Shown: positions 20,436 through 29,802 of the stretch, in pieces
How the letters are laid out: the number at the start of each line of letters is the position of its first letter
How positions within the stretch are numbered: position 1 is the first letter of the stretch
Source of the DNA: a virus
Length of the DNA stretch: 64,000 nucleotides
Virus record (IMG/VR): IMGVR_UViG_3300029319_007985
Location: 32,001 to 96,000 of that record
Direction: 5' to 3' (one strand)
Translations under genes and position numbers: made by a program
Notes under the pieces: generated by a model
Told to the model about the DNA's origin: nothing
What the model saw: the letters and a program-made list of their open reading frames with translations, nothing else
Database searches by the model: none

Positions 20436-21141
20436 TTTACCACGATTGTTACAAGACGCAATCAAGTCCAATGAATACGACATCAATGTGATCACAAAAC
20501 ATCTAAAACTTCCATGGCTAAAATTAGATCTTGATTTTGGTCTGGACGAAAATGATCACGATCAACTGATGAGCCAAGAGGATTGGAGAACAAAATGGAA
20601 CTTTCCTAGTTTAGAAGACAACTCTTATCAGGTCAAAAACTGGAACGGAAAAATATTTTTTGGGCCAAGAGACTTCTCTAAATTTCTAGACCTGTCTAAA
20701 AGCCACCAACACGACCACGACGAGGATAGTAAGTGCAGACTTTTTAGGAAAAAAATGGAGTATGGTTGGGCAACTGAAAGTGTCATTAAACAAAAAATAC
20801 AAAAGTTGATACCTGACGAAGATCTTAATTTGGTGAATTCTTACGTGCTTCCTCCTGGCGGCTATATCTTTCCACATAGAGATTACGCAATAGATGGGTT
20901 TGGATTGGCAAAAATATATGTTGCTGTACAATGGAAAAAAGGAAATATTTTTGGAATGTATGGCTGTGGCGATATACCAATCAAACAGGGTGATGTCCTA
21001 TTGGTAAACAATTACACTTTGCCTCATTGGGTCTACAATGGAAGCGATGAAAACAGGATAGTCCTCGATGTGTCTGCAAATTTGCAATCACCTAATATAA
21101 AAGACAGCATCATAGATGCCTTCAAAAAACATTTTCGGTAG
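20422..21141 (+). CDS. 2OG-Fe(II) oxygenase (Asp/Asn beta-hydroxylase-like)
   Basis: LPPGGYIFPHRD (HxD) and HWVYNGSDENR. Confidence 0.78.
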   Translation: MTIDNLPRLLQDAIKSNEYDINVITKHLKLPWLKLDLDFGLDENDHDQLMSQEDWRTKWNFPSLEDNSYQVKNWNGKIFFGPRDFSKFLDLSKSHQHDHDEDSKCRLFRKKMEYGWATESVIKQKIQKLIPDEDLNLVNSYVLPPGGYIFPHRDYAIDGFGLAKIYVAVQWKKGNIFGMYGCGDIPIKQGDVLLVNNYTLPHWVYNGSDENRIVLDVSANLQSPNIKDSIIDAFKKHFR

Positions 21142-21160
21142 TCACAAAAAAATAATATTT

Positions 21161-21180
21161 CTGTAACATTGTTGTAACAT
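21161..21180 (+). promoter_or_regulatory. Pho box upstream of pstS
   Basis: CTGTAACAT and TTGTAACAT direct repeat at 11-bp spacing; weaker in-phase TAGTCAC at 21139. Confidence 0.7.
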
Positions 21181-21241
21181 TTGTGTGTTTAAATATTACT
21201 GTTTTATAACCAATGAAAACATTAAAACAAAAGGACAATAA

Positions 21242-22195
21242 ATGAAACACATAACACAAATCCTTTGTGCAGTGTTTTTATTCTCAACCACAGTATCGGC
21301 AAAAACTCCAGCAATCAAAATTGTAGGTAGTTCAACTGTCTATCCTTTCACCACAGTAGTGGCAGAAAGATTTGGACAGGAGACAAAATATCCTACACCG
21401 GTTGTTGAGTCTACAGGTACAGGTGGCGGAATGAAACTATTCTGTGCAGGGGTAAACACAAACACTCCTTCTGTGACCAATGCCTCCAGAGCAATTAAAA
21501 GCAAAGAGAAAGCATTGTGTGAAAAGAACGGAGTATCATGGATTGAGATCGCAGTGGGCAATGACGGTATTGCTTTTGCCAATTCAAACGACGGACCAAA
21601 GATAAACATCACAAAGAAGCAGTTATGGGAAGCCATGGGTGCTCTTGGATCACATCCTAAGAAATGGTCAGACATAGACGCAAGTCTACCAGACCAAGAA
21701 ATCAAAGTGATGGTACCACCTCCAACATCAGGAACCAGAGATGCATGGAACAGTCTTGTAATGAAAAAAGGATGTCCTAAAGACATACTTGAAGCACAAG
21801 GCAAAAAGAAATGCTATCTTTTGAGAGAAGATGGAGCAATGGTTGAAGCAGGAGAAAATGACACTTTGTTAATACAAAAACTTGTGGCAGATCCTAAATA
21901 TTTTGCAATATTTGGATTCAGTTATCTAGACAATGCAAGAGACAAAGTAAAAGCGGCAACAATTGAAGATGCAGAAATAAGTCTTGATTCTATTCAGGAC
22001 TATTCTTATCCGGTGGCTAGACCTTTATTCATATACATCAAAAAAGAACACATAGGTACTGTTCCAGGACTGAACAAGTTCGTTAAGATGTATGTCAGTA
22101 AAAAGACCATGGGTCCAAAAGGTTACTTGATTGACAGAGGACTAGTGCCTTTGGACAAAGCAACCTACAAGGAAATGGTAAGCAGAACCAAATAG
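21242..22195 (+). CDS. pstS: phosphate ABC transporter substrate-binding protein PstS
   Basis: IVGSSTVYPF, ESTGTGGGMKLFC, NASR, PPPTSGTRD, YPVARPLFIY. Confidence 0.95.
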   Translation: MKHITQILCAVFLFSTTVSAKTPAIKIVGSSTVYPFTTVVAERFGQETKYPTPVVESTGTGGGMKLFCAGVNTNTPSVTNASRAIKSKEKALCEKNGVSWIEIAVGNDGIAFANSNDGPKINITKKQLWEAMGALGSHPKKWSDIDASLPDQEIKVMVPPPTSGTRDAWNSLVMKKGCPKDILEAQGKKKCYLLREDGAMVEAGENDTLLIQKLVADPKYFAIFGFSYLDNARDKVKAATIEDAEISLDSIQDYSYPVARPLFIYIKKEHIGTVPGLNKFVKMYVSKKTMGPKGYLIDRGLVPLDKATYKEMVSRTK

Positions 22196-22231
22196 ATAGA
22201 CATTGTTCGCAATACCCAATAAAATACTTTT

Positions 22232-23041
22232 ATGAAAAGATTGGGTATTGTTGGACATGGCTTTGTGGGATCTGCTATCAATCAAGGCTTTACCAAAAAC
22301 ATACAGAAATACATTGTTGATCCAAACAAGTTCAGTGGCAACACAATTCAACAACTTATAAAATTCAAACCCGACGCAGTGTTTGTTGCGGTTCCAACTC
22401 CACAACTTGAAACAGGAGAGTGTAACACAGAAATATTGGATTCAGTGTTGCAAGAACTGAATCAGGCAAAGGCCCTTTTAGTCATCATCAAGTCCACAGT
22501 GCCCGCATATAAACTACAAGCGATCAAAGAACAGTGTATAAATTTGAGAATAGTGTACAATCCAGAATTCCTAACTGAAAAGAATTATCTCCAGGATTTT
22601 AAAAGTCCTCCCATGCATGTTTTTGGAGGAGCAATCACAGACACAGAACAAGTTGAGGCGCTGTACAAGGAGTACAGCAGTTGTAAAAAGTGTCCTGTTT
22701 TCCATACAGACATCGTGTCAGCGTCTATGGTCAAGTACTGCATTAACAGTTTCCTTGCCACGAAGGTCACGTTCATGAACGAGATGTATGACGTGCTGAA
22801 AGCGGCCAAAGGAACTGATTGGAGTGAGTTTGTCAAAATAATCAACAGCGACCCAAGGATAGGCAAGACACATATGAGGGTTCCAGGCAATGACGGAGTC
22901 AGAGGTTACGCCGGGTCATGCTTTCCCAAGGACACTGCCGCACTGGCCTATTTTGCCAGAGAGATACTGAACACGCCATTTACACAACTAGAAACTAGTA
23001 TTGAAATCAACGACAAGTTAAGGAAAAAGAACCAGTCCTAA
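22232..23041 (+). CDS. UDP-glucose/GDP-mannose dehydrogenase family protein (short form, no C-terminal domain)
   Basis: GHGFVG, VPTP, IKSTVP, NPEFL, GYAGSCFPKD; TAGACA-17-TAAAAT promoter at 22197-22225. Confidence 0.85.
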   Translation: MKRLGIVGHGFVGSAINQGFTKNIQKYIVDPNKFSGNTIQQLIKFKPDAVFVAVPTPQLETGECNTEILDSVLQELNQAKALLVIIKSTVPAYKLQAIKEQCINLRIVYNPEFLTEKNYLQDFKSPPMHVFGGAITDTEQVEALYKEYSSCKKCPVFHTDIVSASMVKYCINSFLATKVTFMNEMYDVLKAAKGTDWSEFVKIINSDPRIGKTHMRVPGNDGVRGYAGSCFPKDTAALAYFAREILNTPFTQLETSIEINDKLRKKNQS

Positions 23042-23057
23042 ACGATTAAATAGTGTT

Positions 23058-24239
23058 ATGAAACCGTGGTTTATAGACGAAGCAGAAATAATCAAATTTC
23101 CTACGAAAAAAAGCAATGTGGTCACAATGCCCAATGTTAACAGTTATCCAGACTTTATCACAGGTGTGCGTGATCTACAGGCCAAACTCAAAGACAAAAC
23201 CATATCAACAGACAGTTACAACAAACTATACACTGACCTAATAAACAGATTTAGACTGCAAAGGGAGTCTGCGGACAAACCATGGTTCTTAAAAGAATTA
23301 GACGACCGTGGCATTATGAGTGTTATCAAAGCAAGACTAAAAGATCCAAATATCGACACTGAAACTTTACAAAAAGTGTTATTTGCTCTTGAAGGTGGTG
23401 GCCTAACAAAAAGATTACAAAATGTTTTAGAAAACGACCCAGATGCAAAAAGGATACTAGAAAAAGTTACAGAAACAATTTTACAGGCCAAAGGAACCAC
23501 AGAAGAAATTGATCAATTTATAAAACAATATCCACAAGGAATGGTTAAAATTGATGCATTAACATCACCAGGTGCTAAAAGTTGGGGAGACATATTTGTT
23601 GGATATGATGGCCAAAATTTTATGAGTAGAGTGGTAGAAAGATTGTATGGACTAAAAAATCAAGGAATAGGTCCAGGTGAAGTATGCCTTTCTGTATTGA
23701 GTCCACAAATATTCCATAGTGGATCAAAACCAGGAGCGGGAGATATCTTTGTTGAGGGCCAAGGTCATTTTGAAATAAAAGCCAGTGTGGCTAAACCAGG
23801 TAGACTATTTGATGGAAGAAAAGCAAAGGTTGACATGAACACAATACAGAATGTAAGAGATCAACTGAAGATTGATAAGCCTAGAGTCAACTTGAAAGAC
23901 CTTATAGCGGCCAATCCAAATCAACAACAAGTGGCTTCATTGACAAAAGCAATATTTAGACATGTTGATAACATCACACCATTTGTAAATGCAATTATGA
24001 AAAAGGACGAGGGTGCCGCAAAACTAGAACACACAAAACTGGCATACCAAAATTATCAAAATATGACAGCGCAAGGTGATGACACCTTTGTTGGAATAAT
24101 TTTCATGAGTGGTGCTAAAAAATGGTCAAATGTCGTGACAAATATTGACCAGTTGATACAGAACGTTGCAGTTGGCACGGTGTACGTTGCATCACCAGAC
24201 CAAGCAGATTTATTTCCACAGACCACCTACAAGTTTTAA
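23058..24239 (+). CDS. hypothetical late protein with possible PD-(D/E)xK nuclease-like motif
   Basis: GPGE...AGDIFV...FEIKAS; TAAATA at 23047. Confidence 0.5.
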   Translation: MKPWFIDEAEIIKFPTKKSNVVTMPNVNSYPDFITGVRDLQAKLKDKTISTDSYNKLYTDLINRFRLQRESADKPWFLKELDDRGIMSVIKARLKDPNIDTETLQKVLFALEGGGLTKRLQNVLENDPDAKRILEKVTETILQAKGTTEEIDQFIKQYPQGMVKIDALTSPGAKSWGDIFVGYDGQNFMSRVVERLYGLKNQGIGPGEVCLSVLSPQIFHSGSKPGAGDIFVEGQGHFEIKASVAKPGRLFDGRKAKVDMNTIQNVRDQLKIDKPRVNLKDLIAANPNQQQVASLTKAIFRHVDNITPFVNAIMKKDEGAAKLEHTKLAYQNYQNMTAQGDDTFVGIIFMSGAKKWSNVVTNIDQLIQNVAVGTVYVASPDQADLFPQTTYKF

Positions 24240-24267
24240 ACACCTATGACACCATAAGTAAAAGTGT

Positions 24268-24846
24268 ATGAGCACTTATCTAGATGGAAAACTTTTGGTT
24301 GCTCCTCCAAAAATGAAAGATTGGAGATTTGCCAGAAGTGTGGTTTATATCTTCAAACATGACGTCAGTGGTGCGGGCGGGATCATAGTAAATAAAAAAG
24401 TTAGTGTGCCCACCTTTGACACTGTTTGCAAAACAGGCCATATCAAAAAAGATCCAAGTGTAAACCCCACAATTTTTTATGGCGGCCCAGTTATGACCAA
24501 TCTGATTGGTTGCTTACACACCTTGGATTATAGAATAGGAACCACCAATGTCTCTACAAGCAATGTTGGATTTACTCTAGACAAGAGCATAATAGAAGAT
24601 ATCGCAGTCGGCAAAGGCCCCAAAAAGTTTTTGCTTACCATGGGAATCTCTAGTTGGGAAGCAGGACAACTGGAGTCTGAAATCGATGCGCTACCACCGA
24701 GACAAAAAACAGGTTCTTGGCTCTCAATCAATTACGACAAAGAAATAGTTTTTGGACCCAAACTACAGTCCCTTTGGTCAGATTGTGTTTTTAGGTGTGT
24801 TGAAAACACAACCAAAGACTTCACAGACAAAGTTTTTAAAAATTAA
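24268..24846 (+). CDS. YqgE/AlgH family protein
   Basis: GKLLVAPP.M.D.RF.RSVVYI..H...GAGGIIVNK, YGGPV, G.SSW.AGQLESEI. Confidence 0.88.
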   Translation: MSTYLDGKLLVAPPKMKDWRFARSVVYIFKHDVSGAGGIIVNKKVSVPTFDTVCKTGHIKKDPSVNPTIFYGGPVMTNLIGCLHTLDYRIGTTNVSTSNVGFTLDKSIIEDIAVGKGPKKFLLTMGISSWEAGQLESEIDALPPRQKTGSWLSINYDKEIVFGPKLQSLWSDCVFRCVENTTKDFTDKVFKN

Positions 24847-25250
24847 TTTACTGGACAGGTACTAATAAGTTTGTACCAAAGTTCATCATATTCCCAATTC
24901 AGTCCGTGAACTTCCAACATGTATTTTTTCTGTAGAGGATACACATCTTTTTCCCACTCTTGTACGCATTCACCTTTGAATCCGTTCTGGTCCTGCACAT
25001 AATGAAACAGTTCGTGGAACAACACACTTTTCTTCCATGGGTCATGGATATCAAAATCGTCCCTGATATAGATGATATCTTTTTTTGTGCTGTAAAAACC
25101 TTTTAGATTTCCACCACCGGTCGTGGTTTCTCCGTATATTTCTTCCAACTGTGCCTGCGGTAACATGATCACTTGAGGGTGTGGAAGGTCAACGTTGTAG
25201 TTTGTATTTGCTCCAATCCAAAGGAGCATGAACGCAATCACTGACTTCAT
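24843..25250 (-). CDS. secreted HExxH (zincin-like) protein
   Basis: Start MKSVIAFMLLW at 25250; LFHELFHYVQ; minus-strand TAAATA at 25261-25266. Confidence 0.65.
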   Translation of the reverse strand: MKSVIAFMLLWIGANTNYNVDLPHPQVIMLPQAQLEEIYGETTTGGGNLKGFYSTKKDIIYIRDDFDIHDPWKKSVLFHELFHYVQDQNGFKGECVQEWEKDVYPLQKKYMLEVHGLNWEYDELWYKLISTCPVN

Positions 25251-25365
25251 AATATACGCATATTTAATCCGATAAGAACTTAGAATAAACACCTATATAA
25301 TAATAGTATATTATTAATTTAGTAAACTGCTCTGTAAATAATCATGAGCGAGGTTAACGTACTAA

Positions 25366-28300
25366 ATGGCAGGTCACACAGAATCTATACAAATATCTTA
25401 CGAACAGTTGTCGCAAGGCAAGTATGTGCGTAATGGTGATGACCTTTCAATTACTACTCATGACCTATGGGGAGAAGCCAAAACGGTTCTGCTCAAAAAC
25501 TATTTTGAAACATCTCCCGACCTCGTCACTTTAAAAGGATCCACTCTCAAAGGCAACATTGTTAACCTCTTGGCTGTAGACAGTCAACCCGATACATCTA
25601 ATGTTGCTTTTGAGGATCCCAATGCCATAGGTAAAATTACAACCGCTGATTTGCCGGTCATAGTACAACGTGCGGACCAATTCATAGAATTACAAAAAGG
25701 CGATCTAATATATCTCAACGATGTGATAGATGCCAAAGACGGCAGTGTGGGTGTTGCATTCAAAGACGACAGTTCAATATCTGTTGACCCCGGTGCCAAA
25801 ATGGTCATAGACGACTTTGTGTATGATCCTGCTGAACCCACAACAGGATCCATGAATGCCAATATTATCACAGGAAACTTTTCTTTCATATCAGGACAGA
25901 TTGCCAAGACTGGCAACGATGCCATGCAGGTCACAACTCCTGTTTTGACCATAGGTGTTAGGGGAACAAATGTGGCAGGTAAAGCCAACCAAGACGGAGA
26001 AGAAAACGAAATAGTTTTACTTCCAAACGAAGACGGCACTGTTGGACAGGTCATGATAACAAACCAATCTGGATCTGTTTTATTGACAGAAGCATTTCAG
26101 GCCACAACCATAGCAACGGCTCTACAACCACCAACTGTGCCTGTGATACTGCCAAAAGAGATTGTGCTTAAAAAGTTTGCGAAAACGATAGCCACAACCA
26201 AAAAGACCAAAAAGTTAAGAGAAACAGAAAAAGAAGCAGAAGAGGCCGCTAAAGAAAAAGTGGAAGCAGAGGAAGAGAAAGAAGAACTGGAAGAAGAAAA
26301 AGAAGAATTAGAAGAAGAAGCCGAGGGGTTGGAAGAAGAGAAAGAACAACTTGAGGAGGAGGCCGAAGCACTGGAAGAAGAAGCGGAAGCACTGGAAGAG
26401 GAAAAAGAGCAGATCGAGGAAGAAGCAGAACTTGTTGAACAAGAAAAAGAACAGGTTGAAGAAAAAGCAGAGGCTCTGGAAGAGAAAGCAGAAGAACTTG
26501 AGAAGAAATTGGAAGAAGTGCCTGTTGAAGAAAAGGAACAGATCGAAAAAGAACTAGAAGCAATCGAAGAAGAGATTCAAGAAGTTGAAGAAATCAAAGA
26601 AGAGATTGACCAGAAGGTCCAAGAAGTAGAAGAAAAAATACAGGAAGTACAGGAAAAAGAACAGATAATAGAAGACAAAGCAGTAGAAATTGAACAGCAA
26701 GTTAAAGAAGTCGAACAACAGGTTCAGATAGTTGAAGAAAAATTTGTGCAAGTTGAACAACAGTTTGTTGAAATTGAAGAAAAAATAATACAGGTAGAAC
26801 AGAAGTTTGAACAGATTGAACAGGACTTCGAGCAGTTCCAACAGGAGTTTGTACAAGAATTTAAAGAATTTATTCCAGAAGAAGAACTACAACAGTTTGT
26901 AAATGAGGCACCAATTGAAATCATTCAAGACGTGCAAGAAATGATCAGAGAAGACATCAAAAACAATCCAGAAATTTTTGATCAAGAACCAGAGGTAATA
27001 GAAGAAGAAATAATTGACGAGGATCCTTTCCAAGAAGTGCCTGAAGAAGATGTAATTCTTCTAGATCCTGAACAGGACTTTGATCAAATGAAAGAAGAGT
27101 TTGAACAATTTGTAGAAGAAAATCCAAATGAAGTTCCTGAAGAAATACAAGATGTTTTTGCTGAGGCAGACAACATGGAAGAGTTTAATGAAGAAATGGA
27201 TGCCTTGATGCAGGACGAAGAGTTCATACAAAAGTTGGAAGAACAAATGCCAGTGCAGGATGAGGTGTTCAATGAAGAACCAGTGATAAAAGAAGAAGAG
27301 CCAATATTGGTTGAAGATGATTTACAAATTGAACAGCAAATCAATTATGATTACAATGAAGATGATCTGTTTATCGCATATGAGGGGCCTATTTTGGAAA
27401 TTGAAGGTCACAACGAACTAATAGAAGACAATAATTTTATTATTGAACTAACTCCTGAGGGAAACAATAATGATGATCTGCAATTACTGGTACAAGACCA
27501 ACAGATCGTGGCCAGTCCACTGGCTATTTCTTCCACTTCAACTGTGTCTATGGCAGAGAACGCCAGCGATGGTGCCACGGTGGCGGACATAGATCACACA
27601 GGAGGAGATGGCACAGTCACATATTCAATAACAGCAGGCAATGGTGAGGGCAAGTTTTCAATCAACAGTTCAACAGGCGTTATCACATACAACACACAGG
27701 CGGCTGTGCTGACTACGGAAACATTTGAAAGCACCACAGAAGGTGCCACACCAACAGGTTGGACAGGGGCAACAGTGGACGCAACAACCTACTACGGAAA
27801 CATATTGGGTAGGTTCAATGGAGATTCAAACACAGGACAGGATGTCTATAAGACATTTGATTTTGACAGTTCCCACGCAGGCAAAAGAGTCCAGATAGAT
27901 TTCAACTTCTGGGAGTTTGGTACGTGGGACGCAGTCAATCACGGATCGCTGGATCAGAGATTCATGGTGTATGTCAACGACACCTTGGTGGTACAGGACT
28001 TGAGAAGATACACAGGCAACAACCAACAGAAGTACGGTGAGACAGTGGGTAACCTTGGCACAGGTTGGACACCATTACCAAAGGAATCTGGAATGGCCAC
28101 CATAAACGGACAACAAGAAGGTGAACTGTACAGACTGTATGGTACCCTGGACGGCAACGGTGACATCAAGTTGGGATTTGGAGCCAGACTGGACGAATCT
28201 CTCAGCAACGAAAGTGCCGCTGTGGACAACATAAAGATTTCACTCACGGATCTTAACTATGAGGATGCCACATCACACACTTTAACAATAACTGCCACTG

Positions 28301-29781
28301 ACGCAAGTAACAACACAGACTCCGTCACACAGTTGATCACAGTGACTGACGTTAACGAAGCACCATACTTCATTGACAACGTGTACGCGGCAAGAACAAT
28401 AGACGAGAATGGTTCGTCTGGCACAGATGTTGCGAGAGTACACGCAGAGGATCTGGAGGGAGATGCAATCACTTATTCAATCACAGCGGGCAACACAGAC
28501 AACAAATTCACAATCAACTCATCCAACGGTTTGATAGAAACAGCAGGCGCACTGGACTATGAGACAACCAGTTCATACACATTAACAGTGACAGCAACAG
28601 ACGAGCACAATGCCACTGGCACCACAACAATCACAGTCAACGTGGGCAACGACACCAGTGATGACGTTCCCAACGATCCCGCAACATGGGTAACAGCAGG
28701 CGACGGATCAGCAGGTGCATACAAACAAACGATTGCCTATGCGGGTCCTGGCACAGATGGTAGAGATTATGCCTCAGCATTGGGACACCAAGGACTAGAT
28801 TTCAACGGTGCTATTGCAAGTAACTTCAATAGTTATGATGTTATTTGGTACCTCAACCAAAGCAACAGTTCATTCACAAACTCTGTATTTTACAATGACA
28901 CTAGATTCACTGATTGGCTCAACAACGGTGGTGTGTTCATAATGCACGATAGATATGTCAATGACAGTCAGTTGGACAATAACCTTCCGGGACACAACGG
29001 CAATGTAACGACTACCAGATCCTATGGTGGTAATGATTCCTCATCATATCAGATAGTGGACGAGAGCACCAGCAACCTACTCAAATACGGACCGGGAGGT
29101 ATCATGGTGGACGACACATCTTCATTTGGATCTGATACAGCAGGAGATCACTCCGGCAATACATGGCAGGGCACATTCAACATTGGTGGTGGTAATGCAA
29201 CCAATCACGGATACATGACAAATCTTGACAGTGACGTGTTGGGATTGGCAACCAACAACACCACAACACGGTACGTGGATGCGGTATGGGAATATGGATC
29301 AGGTGCAGTGTACTATTCCACATCACCACTTGACCACTACATAGGAGCCGCTCCCCAAGATAACGATGCTTGGGACGCCTATGCACTCAACAGTTTACAC
29401 TATGCCACTTCATTAATATTTGATGGATACTCACAGATCAACGGAACAACCAACGAGGACAAGATATATGCTACCGCAGGAGATGATGTGATATATGCTG
29501 GTAACAGTGCTGACACTATTTGGGGTGGTCAGGGAGACGATGTGTTTAAATATGACGCCACAGCAGAGTCTAACTCATCAGCCGTTGACACAATTCTGGA
29601 CTTTAACAAAGATGAAGATTCAATTGATATCAGTGCAATCACCAGCGGAGCATCTATTTCACGCACACTTACAGGCGGCACTAGATTCAAATTAGACATA
29701 GACAACAACGGCACTTACGACATGGAGTTTGAATTGTCAGGATACACGGGCACAGCAGATGATGTGACAGTGGTGACTTAG
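25366..29781 (+). CDS. giant T1SS-substrate-like protein: BapA-prefix-like N-terminus, FecR domain, acidic coiled-coil rod, cadherin repeats, RTX-type C-terminus
   Basis: RNGDDL.I...LKNYF; FecR motif VTTPVLTIGVRGT; EEEKEEL heptads; TYSITAGN..LDYE..DVNEAP cadherin; GGQGDDVF...DTILDF secretion-signal region; no Sec signal. Confidence 0.85.
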   Translation: MAGHTESIQISYEQLSQGKYVRNGDDLSITTHDLWGEAKTVLLKNYFETSPDLVTLKGSTLKGNIVNLLAVDSQPDTSNVAFEDPNAIGKITTADLPVIVQRADQFIELQKGDLIYLNDVIDAKDGSVGVAFKDDSSISVDPGAKMVIDDFVYDPAEPTTGSMNANIITGNFSFISGQIAKTGNDAMQVTTPVLTIGVRGTNVAGKANQDGEENEIVLLPNEDGTVGQVMITNQSGSVLLTEAFQATTIATALQPPTVPVILPKEIVLKKFAKTIATTKKTKKLRETEKEAEEAAKEKVEAEEEKEELEEEKEELEEEAEGLEEEKEQLEEEAEALEEEAEALEEEKEQIEEEAELVEQEKEQVEEKAEALEEKAEELEKKLEEVPVEEKEQIEKELEAIEEEIQEVEEIKEEIDQKVQEVEEKIQEVQEKEQIIEDKAVEIEQQVKEVEQQVQIVEEKFVQVEQQFVEIEEKIIQVEQKFEQIEQDFEQFQQEFVQEFKEFIPEEELQQFVNEAPIEIIQDVQEMIREDIKNNPEIFDQEPEVIEEEIIDEDPFQEVPEEDVILLDPEQDFDQMKEEFEQFVEENPNEVPEEIQDVFAEADNMEEFNEEMDALMQDEEFIQKLEEQMPVQDEVFNEEPVIKEEEPILVEDDLQIEQQINYDYNEDDLFIAYEGPILEIEGHNELIEDNNFIIELTPEGNNNDDLQLLVQDQQIVASPLAISSTSTVSMAENASDGATVADIDHTGGDGTVTYSITAGNGEGKFSINSSTGVITYNTQAAVLTTETFESTTEGATPTGWTGATVDATTYYGNILGRFNGDSNTGQDVYKTFDFDSSHAGKRVQIDFNFWEFGTWDAVNHGSLDQRFMVYVNDTLVVQDLRRYTGNNQQKYGETVGNLGTGWTPLPKESGMATINGQQEGELYRLYGTLDGNGDIKLGFGARLDESLSNESAAVDNIKISLTDLNYEDATSHTLTITATDASNNTDSVTQLITVTDVNEAPYFIDNVYAARTIDENGSSGTDVARVHAEDLEGDAITYSITAGNTDNKFTINSSNGLIETAGALDYETTSSYTLTVTATDEHNATGTTTITVNVGNDTSDDVPNDPATWVTAGDGSAGAYKQTIAYAGPGTDGRDYASALGHQGLDFNGAIASNFNSYDVIWYLNQSNSSFTNSVFYNDTRFTDWLNNGGVFIMHDRYVNDSQLDNNLPGHNGNVTTTRSYGGNDSSSYQIVDESTSNLLKYGPGGIMVDDTSSFGSDTAGDHSGNTWQGTFNIGGGNATNHGYMTNLDSDVLGLATNNTTTRYVDAVWEYGSGAVYYSTSPLDHYIGAAPQDNDAWDAYALNSLHYATSLIFDGYSQINGTTNEDKIYATAGDDVIYAGNSADTIWGGQGDDVFKYDATAESNSSAVDTILDFNKDEDSIDISAITSGASISRTLTGGTRFKLDIDNNGTYDMEFELSGYTGTADDVTVVT
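26269..26436 (+). repeat. 21-bp/7-aa tandem heptad repeats
   Basis: EEEKEEL EEEKEEL EEEAEGL EEEKEQL EEEAEAL EEEAEAL EEEKEQI EEEAELV. Confidence 0.9.
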
Positions 29782-29802
29782 AATAAATATGGATACATTA
29801 TT

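Noticed and set aside
26249-27344. Leu/Phe/Ser-rich minus-strand ORFs and Arg/Lys-rich alternative frame
   Set aside because: Frame artefacts of the GAA-rich heptad region
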